The translations under genes were made by a program, and so were the position numbers. Below are positions 9,771 through 17,486 of a DNA stretch of 31,196 nt, piece by piece (the stretch's first letter is position 1; every line of letters begins with the position of its first letter). The notes under the pieces were generated by a model. That model was not told where the DNA came from, did no database searches, and saw only the letters and a list, made by a program, of their open reading frames with translations. Source of the stretch: a virus (lineage: Duplodnaviria > Caudoviricetes); IMG/VR virus record IMGVR_UViG_3300020042_006035, positions 1 to 31,196 of that record. One strand, written 5' to 3'.

Positions 9771-9958
9771 TTTGCTATTATTACTTTAGCTCTCACACCT
9801 TTCCAATATTTCAATGATGCTTCAGCTTTCGCAACTTCATTGTCGATTGATTCAACACATTGAAATTTCCAATTGTCCCCATACTCATCTTTGTAAGCAT
9901 CTACAACCTTTGCGCTGCTTTCATTAATCATTTGTCTCAAACTTTTACCTGATTCCAT
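9767..9958 (-). CDS. Hypothetical protein
   Basis: 63 aa ORF overlapping the terL stop and the chaperone start. Confidence 0.6.
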   Translation of the reverse strand: MESGKSLRQMINESSAKVVDAYKDEYGDNWKFQCVESIDNEVAKAEASLKYWKGVRAKVIIAK

Positions 9959-11150
9959 ATTTACCTTTGTTTGGGTTTGCTAATTGATAACTAACTGCAT
10001 AACGTAATGCATCTAATCCGTGATTGTACTTATCTATTGGTGTTTCACTTTTCTTTTCTAGCCAACAATAGTTATTTAATTCTTTTATCAAATCTACTGA
10101 ATTTTCATCAATAATTAAGTCATAGTCTTGTAATAAACTTATCCCATATTTAACAGAATCAGCTCCTTTGATTGTAGGTACGATATTAAGCCCTTGAGAC
10201 TTTAATTCGTTAATCAAACGTGGCTCTGCATTATCCGCAACTATTAAGTCACGTCCTGCAAATTGTCTGTTAAGTTGCGAAAGTTGTGATGTGGTTAACC
10301 CTGTTTGATAAATGTGTAATCTAACATAAATAATCTTGTTAGTCTTATCTATTGACGTTTCAACAAGTGTCGAAGGATCGTTACTGAACCCGTAATCTTG
10401 ACCAAATACCGAACCATTATCTTTATTGTATTCCCCAATCCTCCAGTTTGTAAAGATAACTCCTTCTGCTTTCTCCAACCATCCACCAAGAATGGTGTGT
10501 TTATACTTGTCAGGACGGCGTTCTTTTATTGTTTTAATCTGATTTAAGAAACTTTCAGACAGATTTGACATATTATCTTGGTACGTTGTGTGAATGTACG
10601 TTGTATCGCCTTTAACTGTATTGACTCCAGCTTCAACTCCTCTACTCTCAAAGAACTTTTGATAAATGAAATGTTCTTTAGTAGCAGGGTTAAGAATAAG
10701 TATTACCCTATTTTGTTTTTCCTTATGTCGAATAGAATAATCTATTTTGTCAAATACATCTTCATCTGTTAACTCCTCGGCTTCATCTAAAATCCAACAA
10801 GTGACCCCAGCTAATGATTTTAAGTTAGCTGTTTGGGTTCCGCTCGATGTCTTAATACCTTTGAATAGTATCTTACTTCCTGTTCTTAGATTTATTATTT
10901 CATCCTTGGTAATATGAAAATCTTTGTGCTTATCTAATACATCAATCTTATCAATAAATTCAGGTATAATAGAGATGTGAGCAGAAGTGAGGGTATAACG
11001 TGTAAATAAGATAACATGGTTCGATTCGTAGGTAAGGAGCAGCAGAAGTAAATTAATAGAGTATGACTTACCACTACCCCTGCCACCTGTAACAATAAAG
11101 TATCTAGAATCATTTGCAAAAGTTTTATATTTCGGATTCAGTATTACCAA
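9945..11150 (-). CDS. terL: Terminase large subunit (PBSX/Terminase_3 family)
   Basis: Walker A GGRGSGKS, Walker B WILDEAEE, 'LNP', nuclease motifs GQDYG and HGLDALRY. Confidence 0.95.
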   Translation of the reverse strand: MVILNPKYKTFANDSRYFIVTGGRGSGKSYSINLLLLLLTYESNHVILFTRYTLTSAHISIIPEFIDKIDVLDKHKDFHITKDEIINLRTGSKILFKGIKTSSGTQTANLKSLAGVTCWILDEAEELTDEDVFDKIDYSIRHKEKQNRVILILNPATKEHFIYQKFFESRGVEAGVNTVKGDTTYIHTTYQDNMSNLSESFLNQIKTIKERRPDKYKHTILGGWLEKAEGVIFTNWRIGEYNKDNGSVFGQDYGFSNDPSTLVETSIDKTNKIIYVRLHIYQTGLTTSQLSQLNRQFAGRDLIVADNAEPRLINELKSQGLNIVPTIKGADSVKYGISLLQDYDLIIDENSVDLIKELNNYCWLEKKSETPIDKYNHGLDALRYAVSYQLANPNKGKYGIR

Positions 11151-11409
11151 AACTTATTAAGTCTTTTAATGTTGTTGTGTTGATGTTAACATCCGATTCA
11201 ATACGCTCTTTTGGTTTACCATATGAGTATTCAATGATAATCTTTGATGCACTAATTTTATCAGCATCCTTTGACTTATCACTAACTACTATATTAGCTA
11301 AGCATTGAACAGCATCTAATGAATAAGGCATCATTAAGTCTCTGATTCTGTTCTCCTCATCTTTTGGTTTACGACCTGCTCCTGGTCTCGCTCCTCCTGT
11401 TCCAGCCAT
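11125..11409 (-). CDS. terS: Terminase small subunit
   Basis: N-terminal 'GGARPGAGRKP', 'YGKPKE'; immediately upstream of terL. Confidence 0.75.
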   Translation of the reverse strand: MAGTGGARPGAGRKPKDEENRIRDLMMPYSLDAVQCLANIVVSDKSKDADKISASKIIIEYSYGKPKERIESDVNINTTTLKDLISFGNTESEI

Positions 11410-11431
11410 TGATTTTGTATTGTTTATTCAA

Positions 11432-11824
11432 TCATCCTAAAAAACCGCCTTGACCTTCAGGGAATGACTCTTTGTTATATTCATTAAAAACTATTCTTAC
11501 TTTGCGTAACATGTCGTTTAAACAAGAAGCGCATGAAGTTGGTCGTTCGTTTGTTTTAAATACTCTATTGTAAACCTTTAAGAACTCAATTTGTTGTGAT
11601 GGTTTAATCTTAACAGAGATTTGAGGCAATAGTTCTTCCAATAGTTTGTATTCAGGTTCTGTTAAGCATTCAGGAGTTTTGTAAGGGAATAACTTGTTAA
11701 GTATTTCTTTACGTTTGTTGCAGCCACAATCCTCTCCAGCAATAAATTTAACTGCTTTGTCAATTCCTGTTGCTTCAGTAAATTTAGCTACTGTATCTCC
11801 AAAGCCTTTTGATCTTTTTGCCAT
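11432..11824 (-). CDS. Phage protein with Cys motifs, first gene of the packaging/tail unit
   Basis: 'GFGDTVAKFTEATGI...DCGCNKRKEILNKLFPY...SCASC'. Confidence 0.7.
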   Translation of the reverse strand: MAKRSKGFGDTVAKFTEATGIDKAVKFIAGEDCGCNKRKEILNKLFPYKTPECLTEPEYKLLEELLPQISVKIKPSQQIEFLKVYNRVFKTNERPTSCASCLNDMLRKVRIVFNEYNKESFPEGQGGFLG

Positions 11825-12267
11825 ATCTTTAATTTTCTTTTACATTTTTTAATAGTGTGAAAAATTGAGGTCAAGCTTATTTTAGTTTCCTTTTCTAATT
11901 CTCGCATACTTTTTCCACTTCGTAAATATAATAAAAAAAGTTGTTGGTCAAACCACTCCCATGTTTTTATTTCATCCTCCACACTCTGATAGTATAACTC
12001 TATTTCATACGTTTTGTTGTTTTCGTCCTCTGATAAGTCAACCAGAAGGTCGATGTCTACTGTTGAAACATTACGCTTGCATGAATCGTAAAAAGAGTTG
12101 CGCAGCATGATCCAAATGAATGACTTGGTTACTACTTGACCTTTGCCATACTTGTGAAAACGAATGTACATATCTTGCACTATGTCTTCGGCATCGGTCT
12201 TGGCTCCGAAGCGTTTAACTATTCGTACCCATTCATCATGATACTGCGCGATCTCTTTTAAATTCAT
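11788..12267 (-). CDS. Phage ECF-type RNA polymerase sigma factor
   Basis: Region 2 'DAEDIVQDMYIR...FIWIMLRNSFYD'; region 4 HTH 'GKSMRELEKETKISLTSIFHTIKKCK'; 159 aa. Confidence 0.8.
   Translation of the reverse strand: MNLKEIAQYHDEWVRIVKRFGAKTDAEDIVQDMYIRFHKYGKGQVVTKSFIWIMLRNSFYDSCKRNVSTVDIDLLVDLSEDENNKTYEIELYYQSVEDEIKTWEWFDQQLFLLYLRSGKSMRELEKETKISLTSIFHTIKKCKRKLKIWQKDQKALEIQ
11994..12019 (-). promoter_or_regulatory. Putative late promoter CAACA-N16-GTTAT inside the sigma gene (copy 3)
   Basis: ACAACA AAACGTATGAAATAGA GTTATA within codons for ENNKTYEIELY; about 170 nt upstream of gene 11824. Confidence 0.6.
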
Positions 12268-12269
12268 GC

Positions 12270-12554
12270 TTACTCTTTAATGAACGTTCCGTTTTCGGTT
12301 TTACCTTTTCGGTATTCAATAACTTTAAAGGCACGTTTTGCACAATCTTCTAATGAGTAGCCCATTTGATTAGCTAATATAACAAGTGTAATGTAAGTGT
12401 CTCCAAGCGCGTCAATCGTTTCTGAAATATCTCGCTTTAATATTGCTGAGGATAACTCTCCAACCTCTTCCATGACCTTTGCAAGCTGTTGAAACTTATT
12501 ATCTGGATTATCTAACTTACGAGCCTTTGCCCAATTAATTATTTCTCTTTCCAT
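12270..12554 (-). CDS. MazG-like nucleotide pyrophosphohydrolase
   Basis: 'QLAKVMEEVGEL...DALGD..ITL..LA...AF..I..RKGK..NGTF.K' (ExxE...D metal motif). Confidence 0.9.
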   Translation of the reverse strand: MEREIINWAKARKLDNPDNKFQQLAKVMEEVGELSSAILKRDISETIDALGDTYITLVILANQMGYSLEDCAKRAFKVIEYRKGKTENGTFIKE

Positions 12555-12889
12555 TCTTTTAGGTATAAATCAATTAAAAATTTTGTTTTCTCAAGGTCCT
12601 GTACAAAGTTACCTTTCTTTCTGCATCTTACCACTCTTTTTATAATATCTGATTCCCATGCGTTTAGTCCTTGTTGTTCTGCAAATAGATATAAGCTACC
12701 TTTTTCATTATTGTAATAGCTTGGTGCGTTGTCGGTCACCACTTCAAAGTAGTTTTCGATAGTGTCAAATTGATGATCCTGCCCTTTGTCGTTTATCACC
12801 CAAATATAGCTCTTTGTTTGCCCTATAACTTCGTAAACTTTACCATAGGTAAAATTAGCAAAGTATTTTTCTATACATCTTAATTTCAT
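12539..12889 (-). CDS. DUF3310 (SaV / T7 gp1.7-like) protein with an extra N-terminal beta domain
   Basis: C-terminal 'PSYY...IIKRVVRCRKKG..VQDLEKTKFLI'; N-terminal 'FTYGKVYEV...VINDKG'. Confidence 0.65.
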   Translation of the reverse strand: MKLRCIEKYFANFTYGKVYEVIGQTKSYIWVINDKGQDHQFDTIENYFEVVTDNAPSYYNNEKGSLYLFAEQQGLNAWESDIIKRVVRCRKKGNFVQDLEKTKFLIDLYLKEWKEK

Positions 12890-13248
12890 AAATTATACAT
12901 TTTACTTATTTCTTCATTAATACCGTAATCAATTAGGTATCTTTTACCGTTCAGTTCTCCCCAATTTGCTTTGTTGTAAAGGTCGCACATATCAATATCA
13001 AGCTCTTTAATTAATCCTTTTACATTTGCTATGTCGTAGTGGTCAACTGCCTTAATAGGGTCGTATCGTTTCATTCTGATTATTCCACGGTTAAAAGAAT
13101 AAAGTTCACCTAATAAGTTTAAATCTTTGTACTTATCCCAAAGGTCGCGTTCTTGCAAACATTGTAAGTAGCCACGTAAACTGATGGGTACTTTAACAAC
13201 ATGTTTTTTGAAGATGAATACTACCCTTGTACTAATTTTAATCTTCAT
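12886..13248 (-). CDS. Minimal protein-kinase-like fold protein
   Basis: 'STRVVF...VVKVP' (beta3 Lys), 'QERDLW' (alphaC Glu), 'DLYNKANWG' catalytic loop, 'LIDYG' (DFG-like). Confidence 0.55.
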   Translation of the reverse strand: MKIKISTRVVFIFKKHVVKVPISLRGYLQCLQERDLWDKYKDLNLLGELYSFNRGIIRMKRYDPIKAVDHYDIANVKGLIKELDIDMCDLYNKANWGELNGKRYLIDYGINEEISKMYNL

Positions 13249-13466
13249 TTTAAAAAGTGTTTTATTATTTGAATCTTACTTTTTTCTATTGTTATAAACT
13301 TCCCATCTACCCTTGCAAAGATACTATTTGTTTTTAAACTTCGTTTAATATTACACAATCTACAAACTTTTGTTTTACCTTTTTCGGCTTTTACTTGGTA
13401 TTTTGAGTCGTCTTTTAAAAACAAAAACAAGGGAAGGTTTCGTTTGCATCTAAAACACTTTTTCAT
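13245..13466 (-). CDS. Small zinc-finger protein
   Basis: CFRC...CRLC pairs, basic. Confidence 0.65.
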   Translation of the reverse strand: MKKCFRCKRNLPLFLFLKDDSKYQVKAEKGKTKVCRLCNIKRSLKTNSIFARVDGKFITIEKSKIQIIKHFLK

Positions 13467-13469
13467 ACT

Positions 13470-13769
13470 TTAAGAAGAAATAGTATATTCAAGCCACAAC
13501 TCCAAATGCTTAGGTTTTATAAAAATATTAGTAATGAAGTGATGTTCGTTACAATCATTAATCCAAGCCATTTCTCTTATAGAAAATCCAAACACCTCTG
13601 AAAAAGTTGAAATATCAATTTGCATTGTTGTGGTAGGCACACAAGGAATTTCAATCACTTTGCGATGAACTTTTTCTTTAATTGTTTTATTAACTTCTTT
13701 TCGTTCATGATTTTCATTTGCGCCATATCCTGTGATTGGCTCTTCCGGAAAATAAAATTCTACTTTCAT
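13470..13769 (-). CDS. Hypothetical protein
   Basis: Start re-called at ATG 13769 (ATGA overlap with upstream ORF): MKVEFYFPEE... Confidence 0.6.
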   Translation of the reverse strand: MKVEFYFPEEPITGYGANENHERKEVNKTIKEKVHRKVIEIPCVPTTTMQIDISTFSEVFGFSIREMAWINDCNEHHFITNIFIKPKHLELWLEYTISS

Positions 13770-13924
13770 AATACTTCTAATTTTACATATTCTTCCCAAT
13801 CTAACCCTTTAATTAACAATTCTACTGCCCTATCATATTCTGAATGGTCTTCAGTAAAATTTGAGGGTACTTCCCCATTCTCCCATAGTGAATAAAGAAA
13901 TTCATTTGCTTTTTTTCTTGTCAT
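13766..13924 (-). CDS. Small hypothetical protein (52 aa)
   Basis: MTRKKANEFLYSLWENGEVPSNFTEDHSEYDRAVELLIKGLDWEEYVKLEVL*; absent from the ORF track. Confidence 0.65.
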   Translation of the reverse strand: MTRKKANEFLYSLWENGEVPSNFTEDHSEYDRAVELLIKGLDWEEYVKLEVL

Positions 13925-13935
13925 AATTTATTTAA

Positions 13936-14115
13936 TTAACTTCCACAATATAAGCATTCCTCTTGATCATCATCATCTAATTCAGGATTGGTTTCTATTT
14001 CGGGGTTCAATTGTTTCTTCAACTCATAAATTTTCTGAAGTATATCTCCATCGGCAAACAAATCACCTGTTAAGAATGATTTAAGCTCTTCAATTTGTTC
14101 TTTAATTGTTGTCAT
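13936..14115 (-). CDS. Small acidic protein ending in CxxCGS (59 aa)
   Basis: MTTIKEQIEELKSFLTGDLFADGDILQKIYELKKQLNPEIETNPELDDDDQEECLYCGS*; absent from the ORF track. Confidence 0.75.
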   Translation of the reverse strand: MTTIKEQIEELKSFLTGDLFADGDILQKIYELKKQLNPEIETNPELDDDDQEECLYCGS

Positions 14116-14254
14116 CGTATTTGTTATAAAAGGCTTTTCTTATCATTCTGCCTAGGTTAATTACTCCTTTTCTGTTCTCTCTAAACTTCCAACGGTCGAC
14201 ATCAAACTGCATTGCTATCATCCAACGATTCCTGTTCTTGTTGTCCTTTTTCAT
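14102..14254 (-). CDS. Small basic hypothetical protein
   Basis: Start re-called at MKKDNKNRNRW... Confidence 0.5.
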   Translation of the reverse strand: MKKDNKNRNRWMIAMQFDVDRWKFRENRKGVINLGRMIRKAFYNKYDDNN

Positions 14255-14363
14255 ATCCTTTTTTAAATCCCGCTTTAAAAGCCTGTGAGTATAAACATTC
14301 TGTTGTTGATTCATAGGTAAAATCCATCCATGCGTCGTGAGCTGATTCTTCTAATTCTGTCAT
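14202..14363 (-). CDS. Small hypothetical protein (53 aa)
   Basis: MTELEESAHDAWMDFTYESTTECLYSQAFKAGFKKGYEKGQQEQESLDDSNAV*; 'AFKAGFKKGY' motif common in small phage proteins. Confidence 0.6.
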   Translation of the reverse strand: MTELEESAHDAWMDFTYESTTECLYSQAFKAGFKKGYEKGQQEQESLDDSNAV

Positions 14364-14581
14364 AAGTTTTGTATTTCTGTTTTAACTTCTTGCCAATATT
14401 CAGACGCGCCGCAATTCTCATATAAATCCTTGTCCCAACTTTTAATAAGTTCATCAACTGCAATTAATGCGCATTGTTTTGATATGTCAAAATTACCGTT
14501 AAATATATGATAAGATAATAAGTCATCGTATTTATCAAACAACTCTTGCGCTTGTTCTTTAGTTCCTTCAAATTCTGTCAT
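14360..14581 (-). CDS. Small hypothetical phage protein
   Basis: 'KQCALIAVDELI...YWQEVKTEI'. Confidence 0.7.
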   Translation of the reverse strand: MTEFEGTKEQAQELFDKYDDLLSYHIFNGNFDISKQCALIAVDELIKSWDKDLYENCGASEYWQEVKTEIQNL

Positions 14582-14886
14582 TGTATTTGTACTTTAATGT
14601 TTTCTTTAAACTCGTCAATCTGTTTAATAATATTCGAGTAAGTCTGAGCCATTGTCTCGTTATTATTCTCTACAAATGTAGTCGCGAATCTTTCAACTCC
14701 ATTGATAAATTGGTTAATTGTACGTTTAATTTCGTGCTTGTGAAACATATTATCTGACACATCATCAAGTGAATGTAGTGCCGATTGGCAAAGCATCATT
14801 GCACGTGCTATGTGTTGATAGTATTCTATAGCCCTTAGGCGTTTAGCCTCGCTTAAGTCAGCAAGGCTTTTAACGTCTTTCTTCAT
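14578..14886 (-). CDS. Hypothetical helical protein
   Basis: Start re-called at MKKDVKSL just after the SSB stop. Confidence 0.6.
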   Translation of the reverse strand: MKKDVKSLADLSEAKRLRAIEYYQHIARAMMLCQSALHSLDDVSDNMFHKHEIKRTINQFINGVERFATTFVENNNETMAQTYSNIIKQIDEFKENIKVQIQ

Positions 14887-14887
14887 G

Positions 14888-15184
14888 TTAAAACGGTTCT
14901 GTTGATTCAACTTTATTAACTCTCCACGCATCTATTGACGTGAAATACTTGCCTTGATACTCGTTTGTTTTGAAGTTAAACAACACCTCAACTTCTTGGT
15001 CAACTTTGTTGTATTGGATAAACTTATCTACTTTCTCCGTGCCAAAAATTCCAAACTTTACCGCTTGAGGATATTGCCCTTCTAATTCTGTTATTACAAA
15101 CTCAATCTTTTTGTTTGCTCCTACTTCAATCACTTCTAAAATGTTGGTGATCTTACCAACGAACTTCATTTCATTTTTGCTCAT
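14888..15184 (-). CDS. DUF3127 single-stranded DNA-binding protein
   Basis: 'KKIEFVITE...QYPQAVKF...EVEVLFN....YQGKYFTSIDAWRV...PF'. Confidence 0.85.
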   Translation of the reverse strand: MSKNEMKFVGKITNILEVIEVGANKKIEFVITELEGQYPQAVKFGIFGTEKVDKFIQYNKVDQEVEVLFNFKTNEYQGKYFTSIDAWRVNKVESTEPF

Positions 15185-15323
15185 CTTCTTTTATTTTATT
15201 GTTTGCTATTTTAAACGCCTCTTTGACGCACTCTGTTACACTATACTTTTTCTTCTGGTACTTTAACCGCATCCGTATTTCGTCTATTGGGATGTCACTA
15301 AAGTCAACTATCGATTTTCTCAT
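15171..15323 (-). CDS. Small hypothetical protein (50 aa)
   Basis: MRKSIVDFSDIPIDEIRMRLKYQKKKYSVTECVKEAFKIANNKIKEDEQK*; fills the gap; absent from the ORF track. Confidence 0.55.
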   Translation of the reverse strand: MRKSIVDFSDIPIDEIRMRLKYQKKKYSVTECVKEAFKIANNKIKEDEQK

Positions 15324-15492
15324 ACCATTTATTTATATATTCATCTTCTTTTGTTATTAACCAATTATAAAATTTACATCTGTATTTTGGTGGTTCGTGG
15401 GCATACTTACCGGTTTTATTTAACCCTCGAATCCTGTAACACGCTGTCAAATGTCGTGTTATTCTATTTATTTTGTTTTCTTTCGATATCAT
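15304..15492 (-). CDS. Hypothetical protein
   Basis: 62 aa ORF overlapping both neighbours. Confidence 0.45.
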   Translation of the reverse strand: MISKENKINRITRHLTACYRIRGLNKTGKYAHEPPKYRCKFYNWLITKEDEYINKWYEKIDS

Positions 15493-16087
15493 TTATATAA
15501 GTTTTATAATATTCAATTGCTGCCGCTGAGCGTTCTAACATTTCCTGTTCAATTTCTAAGTCACGTTCAATGGTTAACATCGTTACAAGGCTTTGAATCG
15601 GTGTATCTCGCACTCTGTGCAGCTCTTCGCTTTCGTAACCGATTAAGTCGCTTGGTGTGTTGACCATACAATAAGCAAGTGCAGCGCGTTCTACATTGTA
15701 AAGATACATATAGCCCCGTAATTGGTACTCATAATCTTTAATGTTAATATCGCTTGGCGTTGCAGGGAATGTATCAAAGGACCATGAGGTTTTAATGTCG
15801 ATAATTAAATCATTGGTAACTATGTCCGCTTCCCCTGTTAGTAGCTCTGTTGTTTTACGTTCCGTGTTCTTTTCATAGTTTGTAAATAAAACATCGTTAA
15901 GTAGTTCAATCGATTGCTCCTCGCATTGTATACCCTTGGTTACGTACTTGTTGTTTAACTCAGTAGTGTAACCGAAGTAGTCTTGCTTAGCAATTGACTT
16001 GATATAAGACTTTGCTGTCTCTGATAGCGCCCCTTTTGTTCGGGACGCCGTCATGATTTTCGGTAGTGATGAGCAACGTATTAACAT
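15464..16087 (-). CDS. YqaJ/lambda-exonuclease-like nuclease
   Basis: 'IRCSSL', 'KG...E', 'GEADIV....IIDIKTSW' (PD-(D/E)xK), 'YEYQLRGYM'. Confidence 0.85.
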   Translation of the reverse strand: MLIRCSSLPKIMTASRTKGALSETAKSYIKSIAKQDYFGYTTELNNKYVTKGIQCEEQSIELLNDVLFTNYEKNTERKTTELLTGEADIVTNDLIIDIKTSWSFDTFPATPSDINIKDYEYQLRGYMYLYNVERAALAYCMVNTPSDLIGYESEELHRVRDTPIQSLVTMLTIERDLEIEQEMLERSAAAIEYYKTYINDIERKQNK

Positions 16088-16464
16088 GAGTATTTGATTT
16101 TAATTAAACCCCAAAATAAAGATATTTCTTTTTTTAAAGTTTCTTGTTTAACTTCAATTGGCTTTTGATAAATTTGGTTCTTGTTTTTTGATTGACCTTG
16201 TTTATATAAAAAATCGTACAATTTACGAGCCATATGTATATTTGGCTTAATGCTTTTCCATTTGTAAAGATGTTTTTTACCATATCTTTTTAGTTGCAGA
16301 AATTCACTTCTTATTTTTATTTCTGCTTGCATAGAAACATTGTATTTTTTTGAGATGTATATCTGTACAAAATCATCTTTGGTTTCTTCATGAACGTTTT
16401 TTAATAGCTTCAAAAGTCTTTGCGCTCGTTGTTCTTTTATCTCATCACTCATAATTTTTAACAT
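16081..16464 (-). CDS. Basic hypothetical protein inserted between erf and the exonuclease
   Basis: K-rich, C-terminal 'KEISLFWGLIKIKY'; flanked by identical ATGTTAA junctions. Confidence 0.6.
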   Translation of the reverse strand: MLKIMSDEIKEQRAQRLLKLLKNVHEETKDDFVQIYISKKYNVSMQAEIKIRSEFLQLKRYGKKHLYKWKSIKPNIHMARKLYDFLYKQGQSKNKNQIYQKPIEVKQETLKKEISLFWGLIKIKYSC

Positions 16465-16967
16465 AGCTCTAATTGTTTAGCGGTTAATTCAAACTTTTCT
16501 TTTAGCTTTTCCATTGTGTACGACCCATCTTTAATTTTAGTAAGTGCAGCAGCCAAACGCTCATCTGTAATTGTTTCTTTCTTTTTTGGTGTTGGTGCTT
16601 TTGAGTCGGGGTCGCTTTCTGTTTCGTCAATTAAAAACAAACCATTCAAAGCATATTTGCGTGCGTAACTTGATGCAGTCCCTGTTGTCTGTTCAGAACT
16701 CATACCTTTATGCTCTCCCATCTCTGCAAAGCCAAACACTTCAATAGATTCGCCTTCGTGTTTAAATGTTGCGGTTGCCTTTAGGAATAACTTGTTGCCT
16801 ATCTCAACTATTGAATCTGACATTAATAATAGTGAATCATATTTGTTAAGTAAAGGCTTTAAAGCCTCTAATATTTGCTCAGCACTTCTATACTTGTACT
16901 TTCCAAATGCGTTGAATGAACCTTTCGGACATTTCAACTCTGCCTGTATTTTAATTAAATTTTTCAT
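16458..16967 (-). CDS. erf: ERF-family single-strand annealing recombinase
   Basis: 'FGKYKYRSAEQILEALKP', 'QTTGTASSYARKYALNGLF...D.D'. Confidence 0.9.
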   Translation of the reverse strand: MKNLIKIQAELKCPKGSFNAFGKYKYRSAEQILEALKPLLNKYDSLLLMSDSIVEIGNKLFLKATATFKHEGESIEVFGFAEMGEHKGMSSEQTTGTASSYARKYALNGLFLIDETESDPDSKAPTPKKKETITDERLAAALTKIKDGSYTMEKLKEKFELTAKQLELC

Positions 16968-17176
16968 GATACAATTAGTTTAACGTTGTTTTTCTTAAAG
17001 ATTGTCATTTCTAAATCGTATTCGATTGAATCCCAATTTATGTTTAAGTCGTCAATCAATACGTCTTGTTCAAAAGCACCGAGTACTATCGACCCGTTGT
17101 AAATGCTAATGTACAAGAACTTGCTAGCGTCTACCTTCCGAAGGATCAATGCTAATTTTCTGAGGTTTGTTTTCAT
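16964..17176 (-). CDS. Hypothetical protein, first gene after a host-type promoter
   Basis: 70 aa, MKT start, A-rich leader. Confidence 0.65.
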   Translation of the reverse strand: MKTNLRKLALILRKVDASKFLYISIYNGSIVLGAFEQDVLIDDLNINWDSIEYDLEMTIFKKNNVKLIVS

Positions 17177-17200
17177 TGTGTGTTTTGTTTAGTTATGTTA

Positions 17201-17230
17201 CAAATCTAATCATTAATTATTAATCTACAA
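17201..17230 (-). promoter_or_regulatory. Bacteroidota sigma70-type promoter
   Basis: TTG-N19-TAGATTTG, matching the Flavobacterium/Bacteroides -33/-7 consensus. Confidence 0.7.
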
Positions 17231-17486
17231 CTATTTCTTTAAATTTTTCTAAACTTTTTATTAAATAATATTTGAAACCTTGTTCAATCAATTGCTTTTC
17301 AACGTATTTCTGTAATTCAGATTGGATGCCTTTTTCCGCTTTGAACTCAACAAATATTGTTTTACCGTCTTTAAATAGAATTGAATCAGACATTCCACTC
17401 ATATTGCATTTAATAATTTTTAATGCTATCCAACCTTTAGCTTTAGCATACTTTATACATTTACTTTGTAGTTCTTGCTCGCTCAT
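17220..17486 (-). CDS. VRR-NUC domain nuclease
   Basis: 'SEQELQ', 'GMSD', 'FVEFK', 'SELQ'. Confidence 0.85.
   Translation of the reverse strand: MSEQELQSKCIKYAKAKGWIALKIIKCNMSGMSDSILFKDGKTIFVEFKAEKGIQSELQKYVEKQLIEQGFKYYLIKSLEKFKEIVVD

Noticed and set aside
10934-11119. 61-aa alternative-frame ORF inside terL
   Set aside because: No slippery site or motif; most likely incidental
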